DNA from: Octopus vulgaris
Lineage: Eukaryota
Direction: 5' to 3'
Assembly: GCA_951406725.2 (NCBI GenBank)
Contig: OX597832.1
Location: 16,864,001 to 16,928,000 of the forward strand
Length of the DNA: 64,000 nucleotides
Shown here: positions 1 to 13,248 of the stretch, one piece after another
How the letters are laid out: each line of letters opens with the position of its first letter
Numbering within the stretch: the stretch's first letter is position 1
Notes under the pieces: generated by a model
Seen by the model: only the letters and a program-made list of their open reading frames with translations
Database searches by the model: none
What the model was told of the DNA's origin: nothing
Position numbers and translations under genes: made by a program

Positions 1-817
1 GAAATTACTGTAAAGTAATTGAAGACGGTTATGTATGTTAGTCTTGCTATTCTAAAATTTATAAAATTCATTCCTTAGAAAATCTAGTTGAATGTGTGCG
101 TTCGGGCGCTTGCATATGCATGTGTGAGTATTTGTATGTTTTTCTATGCGTGTGTGAGTAAACATGTCTGTACATATGTATGTGTTCATACTATTGTTTG
201 TGAAAGCATTAGTAAAATTACTTCTACTAAATTAAAACAGTAAAAGCAGCAAGACTGAGAATAACAAATTCGTCATAATTGCGGCTTAATATAAAAGCTA
301 ATATTAATCAAAGACGAACATTAATTTATATCCTCCGATTAATACCTGAAAAACGTTCGAACACGTTTCCATCTCTTTATTATAACTCAAGAGTTAAGCG
401 AAAATTTCACCGTAATACCCGGATTCTCATCACATAATTAATTACTAAATGAATATATAATATTATATTCAACTACACATGATAATTAGTATACTTTCCT
501 GACGGAATTCATGCGTGATATCTAGTTTAAAACGATATTTTTTGAAAAAACATTATCACAGTTGTCTCCTGATATTGCCGAGACGATTAAAATTTAATAA
601 CTATTATTTTACCACATAATCGTTACTGATTGTAATTAACTTTTTACTAATGACTGCATTGTTGTCATTGGTGACAATGCTGCTTAGCCACTAGTGATTT
701 TTTCGAGTGAAGTATTTGATTAAATTCTCGAAAAGATTTATTATCTAAAATATGTTAATTTCTAGGTTTACTCGTGTAGGACAACAGAAAAAATAAATCG
801 CTAAAAATTGCACATTA

Positions 818-1287
<470 letters not shown>

Positions 1288-1420
1288 TATTGTATAAAAA
1301 ATAAAACAAACACGGACGAGTAGTTTTAGTTTCGATTTCATAAAAGTACCTGAAAATGTGCAGTATGAGGTGACCTGGCGGTAAAGATATGAAGGAAAAT
1401 TATGTGTACCATACTTCATG

Positions 1421-1733
1421 TTATTGTTGTTTGTTCCTTTTCAAGCCATGCCTGCCTTATAAGAGCCGGTTTCCCGGTTTCATTGTCGTATAGGTTCCCC
1501 ACCTGGACAGGACGCCAATCCGTCGCAGGTAAGCTATTAGATGCAGGAGGAATGAGTGAGAGAAACAGTGGTAAAAGAATCAGCAGACGTTCCCCATTAT
1601 CGTGTGCAGGAACCGCGTGGAGCCTAGGTGTTTCGATCATAAACACACAGGCACATCGCCCGGTCTGAGATTCGAAACCGCGATACCTCGACATCTAGTC
1701 CACTGCTCTAACAACTATGTCATGTGCCTCCAC
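1421..1733 (-). mobile_element. tRNA-derived SINE family C, older copy with tail type 1
   Basis: Reverse-complement head GTGGAGGCACATGACATAGTTGTTAGAGCAG...GGTTTCGAATCTCAGACCGGGCG aligns to the heads at 35706 and 51271. Decayed TSD ACCATACTTCATG (1408-1420) / ACCATACATCACG (1734-1746). Confidence 0.8.
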
Positions 1734-1820
1734 ACCATACATCACGACATGTTTACAACTCCTCTTCTATACATCCGCTCGGTGCTGAGCTACAGAACAG
1801 TGTATTTTGGAAACAGCATA

Positions 1821-2232
1821 TAGGCGCAGGAGTGGCTGTGTGGTAAGTAGATTGTTTACCAACCACATGGTTCCGAGTTCAGTCCCACTGCGTTGCACCT
1901 TGGGCAAGTGTCTTCTACTATAGCCTCGGGCCGACCAAAGCCTTGTGAGTGGATTTGGTATACGGAAATTGAAAGAAGCCCGTCGTATATATGCATATGT
2001 ATACATGCGTGTGTGTGTTTGTGTGTCTGTGTTTGCCCCCCCCCCCCCTAGCATTGCTTGACAACCGATGCTGGTGTGTTTATGTCCCCGTAACTTAGCG
2101 GTTCGGCGAAAGAGACCGATAGAATAAGTACTGGGCTTACAAAAGAATAAGTCCCGGGGTCGAGTTGCTCGATTAAAGCGGTGCTCCTGCATGGCCGCAG
2201 TCAAATGACTGAAACAAGTAAAAGAAAAAAGA
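1821..2232 (+). mobile_element. SINE family A, full length
   Basis: Same head, CORE-like segment and tail as 818-1287, in the opposite orientation. Confidence 0.9.
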
Positions 2233-2526
2233 AAGGATATCAATGTTTTTTCAAAAGAATATGTTCCTAGCCCTTCATCAACTTTCTCTGTTCTTCAACA
2301 ACGACAAGTTTTTTTTGTGATCAGTTTCCAAGTTTTACCACAAGACAAACAGCAAAATCCTGTATTCATATGTGATTGCTGTATTCCGTGGTTTCTATAG
2401 TTTATGTGACAGAGACGTTAGTATACAGGAAGGAAAATGGAAAATAGTTGATCCCGGAAACAGGAGTAAGAACTCTTTATAAATATGTAATCTTTCACAG
2501 CCTTGAAATTTTATCTCATTCTGTTA

Positions 2527-2529
<3 letters not shown>

Positions 2530-2603
<74 letters not shown>

Positions 2604-2616
2604 TATGTACATATAC

Positions 2617-2649
<33 letters not shown>

Positions 2650-2664
2650 TATATATATGCACAC

Positions 2665-2696
<32 letters not shown>

Positions 2697-3189
2697 ATAT
2701 ACTCATGCTTGTGTTTGTGTGTGTGTGAGGTGTATGTGTGTGTGTCTCCGTTTCTATAAATATGTTTCAATTGTGGGTATTTATTGTGTATTTACGCAAC
2801 CGTATATTTCAACGTGCATCGGTGTGAGTGTACATAAGTGTTCAGAGCATATGAATGAGGTCAAGTTACGGAGACTACGGTGAATATTATCACTTTACAG
2901 AAATAGTTCTGCGGTAAGAACCTACGATTAAGGCACAGCAATGCTAAATTAAATTATGTCACTTTACTTTCCTGTATAGGCTTCCATATACATTCTTAAG
3001 CATACAAAAGTATAATATGTTTATACACACATGTACATGTGTATGTATGCATGTATGTTTGCATGTATGTATATATATATATTATACATACATACATTGT
3101 GTGTCTGTACTAGTGTGTGTAGAGACACACACACGTATACAATTATATGTATACATGCATACGTATAATACACAGACACACATAGGTTC

Positions 3190-3243
<54 letters not shown>

Positions 3244-3524
3244 ATATTTCTTCGGATTTTACCTCAAGCGATTCATCTACATCACAGTGGAGTTTTCTCA
3301 TCTTTCAACTAACAGTCGATATACCCGCTGTTGTTCTGGCTACCACCTCCAGTAATCTGCTAAATGTAGAGTCGTGTCGTCTCTGAGACGAATGATCGAA
3401 ATGTTTGATCTTCATGATTCTAAGATTGCGTATCGGGTATATATGTACCATGTGGTCACAGCTCAGCTTTCATCGAATATATCTTGTAATCGTTGTTAAA
3501 GATATCCATCCAATAAGTAATATC

Positions 3525-3577
<53 letters not shown>

Positions 3578-3641
3578 CATTCTTTCACTCCGTTTGAATC
3601 TCATGCTCTCTCGGTCACATGCACACAATCATTCTCAGCCG

Positions 3642-3696
<55 letters not shown>

Positions 3697-3798
3697 CACT
3701 TTCGCTTTCATACATAAGTAGGTTGAGGCATATCTATAAATATGGCATACATACACCTATAGAGAAAGGATACATACTTATTTTCATCCATATATACA

Positions 3799-3857
<59 letters not shown>

Positions 3858-3869
3858 ATATATATATAT

Positions 3870-3967
<98 letters not shown>

Positions 3968-4020
3968 GTATATATATATATAGATAGTTAGATATATACA
4001 TATATACATATATAATATAT
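2530..4020. repeat. Cluster of (TA)n, (TG)n and (CT)n microsatellites with short unique islands
   Basis: Direct dinucleotide tracts at about 2530-2745, 3195-3240, 3528-3573, 3645-3690 and 3802-3982. Confidence 0.9.
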
Positions 4021-4132
4021 ATCGAATACGACGCAGCAAGGCCAAATTAAATATCACTCTACTTTCCTGTATAGGCTTCCATATAGATTCATAAGCACAC
4101 AAAAGTATATGTGCAGACACACATTTCTCAAC

Positions 4133-4656
4133 CTGAGTTCAAATTCCGCCGAGGTCCACTTTGCCATTCATTCATTCGTGGTCGATTAAATAAGAACCAG
4201 TTACGCACTGGGGTCGATATAATAAACTTAATCCGTTTGTCCATCTGTGTTTAGCCCCTTGTGAGTAGTAAAGAAATAGGTATTTCGTCTGCCATTACTT
4301 TCTGAGTTCAAATTCCACTGAGTCAACTTTGCCTTCCATCCTTTCGGGGGCGATAAATTAAGTACCAGTTACGCACTGGGGTCGATGTAATCGACTTAAT
4401 CCCTTTGTCTGTCCTTCTTTGTCCCCCCTACGTTTAGCCCCTTGTGGGCAATAAAGAAATAAGAAACGTTAGCACACCAATCAAAATACTCAGTGGCATT
4501 TCAGTTGTTTTTAAGTTCTGAATTCAAAGGCAAAGTTCGACTTAGCCTTTCATCGTATCGGATTCGATAAGATTATTAAAAGTTGGACTCTGGGAACGAT
4601 GTAATCAACTAACCCCCACCCTCGAAAACCGCTGGCCTAGTGCAAACATTTGAAAT
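4133..4656 (+). mobile_element. Head-to-tail trimer of 5'-truncated SINE family B copies
   Basis: Three consecutive copies of the B-box/central-domain segment (TGAGTTCAAATTCC...TTTGCCTTTCATCCTTTCGGGGTCGATAAATTAAGTACCAG) at about 4133-4278, 4279-4461 and 4462-4656. The third is more diverged and has a different tail. Confidence 0.85.
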
Positions 4657-5669
4657 AAATAAATTATTATGTAAGCACAGTCATCTTTTATAAAAAGCAT
4701 TGACTTACATTATTAAGAAGAGGGATGCTTACTGTCAATGAATGTCTTCTTCGTTTATTCACTGTACTTACACTAAAATTCTGAGAATAATTAATTCACC
4801 CTTTATTTTGCTTATCGTTTGTTATAAATAACATCTGATTTTGATAATCTTTTCATTTGCTATAATTTATGACTATATACATGCCACATGCATGAAAACT
4901 TATACATTTTCTCTCTTCTCTCTCCGACTTTCTCGCTGACTTATCTCTCCTCCTCTATCTCTCTAGTTATGTAGTGGTTGTGGTGGTGGTGGTGGTGAGT
5001 TCTTGTGTGTGTACAGGTCTATTAGAATGTATGTATAATGCTAGAGAGGGAACATCAGAGAATAAATAAAATGGGAAACAGGGAAAAAACATTAGTAAAC
5101 ACAAGCACACACATATGTATATAAGCGCATACTCCTCCACAGCAATCGACTGGTGTCCAGCCAGGAGCAGTAATTTTAACAATCTGACATTAGTTTCCAC
5201 GGGATCCAAATGTAACTCTACAAGGGACCGTGTGTGCTTACGCAATCACAAGATGTGGAGGCAATAATTTATGAGAAAAATACGAAAGGAAAATTTGCCA
5301 GCAAATAAATTAGAAAATTATGATTCACAATGAAAAGCTTTCCAAACAATGAGAAATAAACAACGGAAAATATATGCTTTCTTTTGTCGCTTGGGGCGAA
5401 AACACTTCAGAACAATATGGAGCAGCGGAATGCGTTTGCACAAGATGAAATAGAAAAAAATACAAGAGGGAAAGAAAGAAAAGGCTAAGAGAGAAAATAC
5501 GACTAGAATAGAATATAAACCATAATTTTGCGTTTGCGCGGGTGTGTATGTATATATACAAATATATACTTATACACTCGTATAAATACAAACGTAACAT
5601 ACGGCATAATTATAAACAGGGCAGATTTCAGTTATTTCTCCGGAGACTGACAAAAATTACGGAGAAACT

Positions 5670-5710
5670 AAACCGATTTTCGAACGTTATGTAGTTCTCA
5701 TCAGAGACAT
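5670..5710 (-). ncRNA. Minimal type I hammerhead ribozyme-like motif (stem I eroded)
   Basis: Minus strand reads CUGAUGA-GAAC(uacauaac)GUUC-GAAA-AUCGGU-UU. Core and 4-bp stem II are intact, stem III is near-palindromic, and stem I has only about 2 bp. Confidence 0.5.
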
Positions 5711-5940
5711 CCACATTAATCTGACAGTCTAAAGAGAGCCCAAAATGTTTATATATTCACCAGATGCAGCAGTCACTCTACGAAGGAGTCCCTAATTTGG
5801 ATACCGGAAATGCTTAACACTCTATAAATATCAGCTGCCTGTCAACAATGATCCTAGTCCCTACAGTATCAAGGTATAGTATAATACATATGCAACATAT
5901 GGTGTTATTATGCATATGTGAATATATATGTATATATCTA

Positions 5941-6136
5941 TGTGTGTATGTTTGTGTGTCTGTATTTGTCCCCCTAGCAGTGCTTGACAACCGGTGTACT
6001 TACGTCGCCGTCACTTACCGGTTCGGCAAAAGGGCCTGATAGAATAAGACCTGGGGTCAATGTTCTCGACTAAAGGCGGTGCTCCAGAATGGCCGCAGTC
6101 AAATGACTGAAACAAGTAAAAGTGTAAAGAGAGTGA
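5941..6136 (+). mobile_element. SINE family A, 3' half
   Basis: Matches the family from the internal (TG)n tract to the GGTGCTCCAG...CAGTCAAATGACTGAAACAAGTAAAAG tail. Confidence 0.85.
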
Positions 6137-6156
6137 GTATATATATATGTATATAT

Positions 6157-6471
6157 ATATAATATTAATCCGAGACAAAACCACTATTTTGCAAAACAAA
6201 CAAGGAAAGACTTAATCAATACATAAAAATGTTTAATATAAAGAAATAAATCGCCACTACAATGTCATTGAAGACATGAAACGATTGTAGTGGCGGTTTA
6301 TTTCTTTATATTAAAAATGTTTATGTATTGATTAAGCCTTTCCTTGTTTGTTTTGCAAAATAGTGGTTTTGTCTCGAATTAATATTATATAATATTTTAC
6401 TATAAAATTGGATTTAATCCTTAATCTGATTTTTTCCCTGTAAATTTGGATTTATTCCCTAATATTTATTA

Positions 6472-6475
<4 letters not shown>
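6157..6475. mobile_element. (TA)n-flanked palindromic element, Penelope-like remnant
   Basis: Inverted arms of about 107 bp (6157-6263 / 6284-6390), followed by a terminal TCTGATTTTTTCCCTGTAAATTTGGATTTATTCCCTAATAT segment shared with 9050-9215 and 34512-34800. Confidence 0.65.
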
Positions 6476-6517
<42 letters not shown>

Positions 6518-6546
6518 GTATATGTATATGTATATATATAGATATA

Positions 6547-6691
<145 letters not shown>

Positions 6692-6937
6692 GCCTTTTCT
6701 TGGATTAATTGTTCGTTTCTCTTTTAGTCTTCTGGAATTTTTTTTTGAGGGGCGACATTCTATGTATGCGATGAATTTCCTTCCATCTGGCTGTTTACCC
6801 CTCTCCAAAACAGAAAGTTGAATTGTGGAACAGTCATTTTAACGAGTTATTTTTTAATTATTGGTGTATGTGTCGAAAGAAGTGTTGTGAATAATAATAT
6901 ATTCTCGTAAATTACATCTTCTCTTTATCATTTGTTT

Positions 6938-6979
<42 letters not shown>

Positions 6980-6999
6980 TGTATATACACGCACACATT

Positions 7000-7058
<59 letters not shown>

Positions 7059-7068
7059 TTATATATAG

Positions 7069-7551
7069 AGGGCATTATTATACATACATGCCACACGCTA
7101 AGAGGGACAAAATTAGTCATTCCTACCAAAAATTTTACTAATCCCACCGAATGCAATTTTTTCAAAGTAAGACATTTAAAAATATGGACTTGTATCACCT
7201 GTGATTTCATACCTCTGTATTCATCAGCAAGCCTGGATGTATCATAAATAAACGAACCCACCTCGTCCAAGCCGAGCAGCTAACCGCTCGACTTCAACGA
7301 AGCACATGGGTTGGTTTACATATATTACATCCGGTAAATGGCAGACTTTTACGAATTGCATTTCGGGAAAAGAGAAAAAAAATTTTTCGGAATAAAAATT
7401 TTAGCAATTAAGGACAACTTCTTAATAAGGAAAACTTAACAAGAAATTATCGGGTAGATAGCGTGAAAAACCTCATAAAAGAAAACATTTCGAAAATAAT
7501 TCTTTCGAAATTTTATGAGGTTTTTCACGCTATCTACCCGATAATTTCTTG
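7069..7551 (-). mobile_element. (TA)n-flanked hammerhead-containing repeat unit (PLE pLTR-like or retrozyme-like) with terminal 41-bp foldback
   Basis: The ends AGGGCATTA..ATGCCACACGCTAAGAGGGAC and GCGTGAAAAACCTCATAA match the units at 37570-39097. Contains the HHR at 7187-7233 and a perfect 41-bp inverted repeat (7440-7480 / 7511-7551). Confidence 0.75.
7187..7233 (-). ncRNA. Type I hammerhead ribozyme, canonical core
   Basis: Minus strand reads GGCUUG-CUGAUGA-AUAC(agag)GUAU-GAAA-UCAC(ag)GUGA-UA-CAAGUC. All three stems pair and all conserved core nucleotides are present. Cleavage triplet is AUA. Confidence 0.85.
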
Positions 7552-7604
<53 letters not shown>

Positions 7605-8521
7605 TATATGTATATACACGCACACATTTATTGAGTTTTGTGGTGATTTAGGGCTACTCGAGAGCTAAACAACATGAAGTGGTGAAGTTGTCCTAACCAA
7701 AGTGTCTCAGTAGAAACTAAAGACCAATCAGAACACTATAGTGAACTTAGTGACCTTCAAATTTTATACAAAAACATACGACTGCGATAATTTTTATCTT
7801 ATCCTTTCTCAATCAGCGGTGCCCTCGAGTGATCACCAAGAATACTAATATTTTAGTTTTTCTTTGTATATTTCGGTTTGTAACTATGGCTTCTTATATC
7901 AGATCCCATGCATTGTCTTATCCCGGAGATATTCCATGTACTTCATTATACATATGTATTTTATTTGCAACACGATTCTTAATAAATCACCGCCACCATT
8001 CTAACATTTAGCCACAAAAATCAAAAACACAAACCATGGAAACGTATCTGTAATTATGAAGGAATCATTCATAGAACTTATTTAGGAAGCCATACGTAAA
8101 AGTCACTAAGTATAAAGACTTGTCACACAGGTTACATACCTGCTGAAAGGTTAACAAGTAAAGTCGTCTACTGAAACTACTAAGAAGAATGGATTGAATA
8201 TAATACCAAGTAACTTTGATATATAAATTCGATAAAACACAAATAATATCAAATAATATACAAGGAAGATAAATTCGAAATATTCATTTGAAATGCCGGA
8301 AATTCTTACAGGCTATGTTACTGAAATCTGTGATAGTTACAGGCAAGTTAATACACTGAAATGTATTATAGAATATTGAATGATTTTCCATCATTGCTGA
8401 ACAAATTTGTTTCCTTAACTCGGTAGATTTTAACAAGAATATTTGTACAATCACAGATGTCTCATTATATACAAATTGAAATTTATGAATACGACATGGT
8501 AACGATGGTAATAAGATATAG

Positions 8522-8584
<63 letters not shown>

Positions 8585-8945
8585 GCCCTTACTGTTTGTT
8601 TTATTGTTATTCTCCTTGTCCTGCTTTATACTGTTTTTATTTGTACTGTTGTTGCTGTCCTGTTTTTGTTACCACTTTTACCCCTCCGCAAAAAATCCCA
8701 AATTTTATTCAATTTGCTTTGCGGGGTGGACTGTTTCAAGGAAGTTGTGTCTCACCTTTACCTTCGAAACACGGAGTAGACGAAGTAGAGGCGGCTGAAG
8801 AAGGGGAATTTGTCTTGTGTTATATGTCTTGTACTCTATTTTATCGTTGTTTAAAAAAAATAATATCCGTTTCCATGGTTTTGTTTTTATGTTTTCGTTT
8901 CTCTTTGTGTTCGAAGTTTTTTTTGGGGGTGCCCTGTACCCATAT
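8585..8945. mobile_element. (TA)n-flanked repeat remnant, possibly Penelope-like
   Basis: About 360 bp island between TA-rich tracts, with degenerate HHR-like pieces (CTTCGAAACACG and CTGAAGAAGGGG) that do not assemble into one fold. Confidence 0.3.
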
Positions 8946-9049
8946 ATGCCTGTATATATATACATATAGATGTAGGTACGTACATATATGTATGTATATA
9001 TGCATAAGTTTTATTTATTATTTTATACATATATATATATATATTATAT

Positions 9050-9210
9050 TAAATTAGAGACAAAACCAATATTAGGCAAATCATACAATGAAAAACTTAA
9101 GCCAATACGTAAGATTATTTAATTTATATTATTTAAATATATAACAAAATTAATTTAAAAATATCTGATTTTTCCCTGTAAGTTTGGATTTATTCCCTAA
9201 TATTTATTAT

Positions 9211-9215
<5 letters not shown>
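9050..9215. mobile_element. Internally deleted copy of the 6157-6475 element
   Basis: Shares the start (ATTAGAGACAAAACCA) and the end (TCTGATTTTTCCCTGTAAGTTTGGATTTATTCCCTAATATTTATTAT). Flanked by (TA)n. Confidence 0.65.
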
Positions 9216-9256
<41 letters not shown>

Positions 9257-10303
9257 TGTTTATTAACAACTGATCAGTATCCATCATAAAGGTGTTGTTT
9301 AGCCCATGTTAATCTAAATATATCTCCTATGATCAACAACATTCTATCCATAATTGTTTCAACATGTTAAGGCTATATTTTCCTGCAACTTATGGCTTCC
9401 AAGATGCCTGATATTCATTGTGGAGAGTAATTTACTGCTACGTCTGACAAATCGATGGAACTTGAAAAGACTAATTTGTCGACGGCTCGTTGCTGTGCGA
9501 TCGAATAGATTAAATTTGTGATTAAAATGTAATTAAGATTTTAAACGTAGCAAGCGATTTTTTTCTCATTATCTTTTGGCCACACAAATATCTACGTTAC
9601 AAATGATGCTGAATTCTTTATACGAGGAAGTATTTATTCGTCATATATAATATGCAACGATTATCTAAATAGCCTTCAGGTCTGGAAATAATTACTTTTT
9701 CACGTATAAGAAATATCAGCTAATGTAACCTTTATATGATATATTATTAGACATTGCGAACTTTGAAACATAAACAGAAAAAATGGTAGACGCAAGTGTA
9801 AAGAGATGGAATAAAGGTATAAGAGAAAGAAATTGGGATAGAAGTGAAACTGATATCAAAATAAAGGAAATAAAATGTGAAATATTATAATTACAAACAT
9901 GAAGAAGGAGAAAAATTTAGCAACGTTATGATGTATATTCGAAGTAAATTATAAACGTAACATAATAATAACAGCAGCCAAGGAAACTGTAATTTCATAA
10001 ATAATCAATCATGCCTTATAAAGGTGTTTTGTATTGCTCAACGAATTATACACAAATCGGAGATCAACATCCCCAAACAGGAAGTGCAAGGTCGTCGCAA
10101 TCAGTGTCTGTGAACAATGGAATGATATTAGAAAAAAAAAAGAACGAAAAGGTAATTCAATAACACTTCATAGGTCGAGATTGTGGGAAAAGATAATGCT
10201 ACTACATTTTTTTTTTGTTTTTGTTCTCTTATACAGCGAGCATTATAAAAACAACTATGCTAATGGCTGCAAGATCAACTAAAAAAATCATTGTTACTCG
10301 GAG

Positions 10304-10553
10304 ACTCTTTTACTTTTTTCAGTTATTCGACTGTGGCCATGCTGCTGCACCGCTTTTAGTCAAGCAAATCGACGCCAATACTTATTGTTTGTAAGCCTAG
10401 TACTTATTTTGCCGAACTGCTAAGTTACGGGGACCTAAACACACCAGCATCGGTCGTCAAGCGATGTTCCGGGGGGGGGGCAAAAACACACACAGAAACA
10501 GACACACACACACACATATATATATATCCATATATACAACAGGCTTCTTTCAG
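10304..10553 (-). mobile_element. SINE family A, 5'-truncated
   Basis: Tail and body match family A up to GGCTTCTTTCAG. Confidence 0.85.
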
Positions 10554-10688
10554 ATCGTGTCGTATAGCCAGCTGGAGATGATGTCTCCTGGGGCTAAATT
10601 GCAACAACATTCGATATATACCAAGACAGCCATGCTGTGTTGGCAAGAATCTTTACTCTCTCTTTCTGTTTGTCTGTCTGTCTGCCAA

Positions 10689-10775
<87 letters not shown>

Positions 10776-11182
10776 ATGTGCGTATCTATACATTTACACC
10801 ATTTGATATGCTGTTGAAATAAGTGTACATGCATTGTTTCGTTAGCAAATAATTAGTAAAATAGGCAGATTTTTCCCCTATTAATTTTACACTTTCCGGA
10901 GAGTATCTCCGACACACGTAGTTCTTCCGCCAGTAAATGGATACTTGATACGAAAACCATTGAAAACTATGTTTGAAATATATTTCGTCACTCTTCAATG
11001 TTTAAATCGTTACAAAATGTACACGTTTTATAAATCAGTATGATCGTGGGACTGTTGAAGTGAAGGATAAAACATAAAAATATATAAGATAAGACACAAC
11101 ATGTTGCGTTTAGAGAATGTGAGAGACAAATCACATTAGAATCGTGGTGGTGGGAAGACATTTTGATATAATACGCTTATAA

Positions 11183-11575
11183 TCTTAATATATAAAAGAG
11201 AGGTTGTGTGCCTGTCTCCTACGATTTTGATTCCTAACTACTCAAAAATTTTGCGGAGCAGTTTAACCAAAACCGGGTATCTTATAGTCGTGACTCATAT
11301 CGAGCCCTTCTGTGTATTAGCATGCGTCTACGATGAGTCTACGATTTTAAAAATAATTTACCATCATTTTTTCCATTTTAATGCATATTTTTTTTAATAT
11401 AAGGGAAGTAACTCTCTAAAAATGTCTAGGAAGAGTACGTTTTTTAAAAAATTTACAATCATTTTTTTTTCCATTTTTAATGCATTATTTTGCTATTTTT
11501 TGGCTATAACTCTCTAAAAATGCTTATATAGTTATTTCCCTTACAAACCCGAGCAACGCCGGGCGATACTGCTAG
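11183..11575 (+). mobile_element. Non-autonomous Helitron
   Basis: 5' A|TC start, 3' hairpin CCCGAGCAACGCCGGG followed by CTAG|T, no TSD, and an internal subrepeat. A second copy lies at 36249-36630. Confidence 0.85.
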
Positions 11576-11996
11576 TTAAATATAAGACAGAAAAGATTAA
11601 AATTATTCTTTCGCTTTTAACAGTGCTGCACATCTCTAAGGATTTCGGTAATGCCAACCAATAAATATATGAACGTAGAAGCATAGATTCATATATATAT
11701 ATATACCTAGGTATGTATTGGCGCTCTTATAACTAATGTATGAATTTCATAATAAATGCCACTAATTGCAGCTGCGCCCAGCATTAAGAAGCTGAATGAG
11801 ATAAACTGTGATATTGTGGAGAATGATAAACGGTCTGATTGCATATTGAAAGTAGAGCTGTATATTTCGTAATGATATTAAATTTCATTTTTTTTTCTGA
11901 GAATTAGTTATCAAGGTGGTGATACTGGTAACAAAGAAATATAATGTTTGATTGAAATAACTGGTAAAATTAAAGCATTTTATGGTAACGATCAGC

Positions 11997-12396
11997 AGTG
12001 TAGTAAGTAGCTTGTTTACCAACCACATGGTTCCTGGTTCAGTACCACTGCGTGGAACCTTGGGCAAGTGTTTTCTAATATAGCCTCGGGCCGACCAAAT
12101 CCTTGTGAGTGGATTTGCTGGACGGAAACTGAAAGAAGCCCGTCGTATATATGAATATATATATGTATGTATGTGTATATGTTTGTGTGTCTGTGTTTGC
12201 TCTCCCCCCAACATCGCTTGACAACAGATGGTGGTGTGTTTACGTCACCGTAACTTAGTGGTTCGGCAAAAGAGCCCGATAAGAATAACTACTAAGCTTC
12301 TAAAGAATAAGTCCTGGGGGTCGATTTGCTCGGCTAAAGGCGGTGCTCCAGCATGGCCGCAGTCAAATGACTAACAAAAGTAAAAGAGTAAAAGAG
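11997..12396 (+). mobile_element. SINE family A, nearly full length
   Basis: Matches the family from just after the A box to the (GTAAAAGA)n tail. Confidence 0.9.
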
Positions 12397-13105
12397 CATT
12401 CAACCGTTGAGCTTAGCTATCCCCTCTTGCATAAAGGGAAAATAAATAGAATGCATTCAATAAACATATATGATATTTCTATATGTTATCATGGCAGAAC
12501 CATCAAGTTCAATATGCCATGATTGTGTCGATGATAATTCGGCTTCGATCCAACGTTGACTTGTCTTCAGCACGTGACTTCTACCGTAGACTAAGGCATA
12601 ACCATATAAGTGAAATTAAGTAGAAACTACGAGGAAGACTGTCGGAATGATTTTGTGAGTTATTTCAAGGGCCAACTTAACGCACTACGTCACGGTGATT
12701 CGGTTTCTCAAGTAAGTTTAACCTTCACATGTCTATGGATTGTTCAGTCTCTTGCACATTAATTCAATGAGGAAGTTAGTCGATCAAGCAAATAAATGTT
12801 CAACGTTGAAACTGGCAGAGATCCAATTTTATTAACATAAATACATACGCACACATGCACATACAAGCTCAAACGCATAGACACACATATGCAAATATGA
12901 GTACACATGCACATACACACATTTATGTATATATCGATTCATTCAATTGAACGTGTATATGATATCTATATGTAAATAGAGACAAATATATATAGTATTC
13001 AATTTCATGCATACATCTAAGTGCATACATACATGTAAAGATTTATGTACATATTTATTTTATATACAAGCTTTCACATGCGCATATACATACATATACA
13101 TACAA

Positions 13106-13136
<31 letters not shown>

Positions 13137-13141
13137 CATAC

Positions 13142-13248
<107 letters not shown>

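Noticed and set aside
2448-4120. Many 60-190 aa ORFs rich in YI, HT or CV dipeptides, here and throughout the window
   Set aside because: They are translations of (TA)n, (CA)n and (TG)n tracts, which lack stop codons. No domain content.
4967-5245. ORF with a hydrophobic stretch (LLKLLLLAGHQSIAVEE) as a possible signal-peptide exon
   Set aside because: No in-frame ATG start, a weak donor and no recognisable homology. Cannot be supported without RNA data.
12535-12576. Minus-strand CUGAAGA...GAAG motif
   Set aside because: No GAAA, and no proper stem II closure or stem I.
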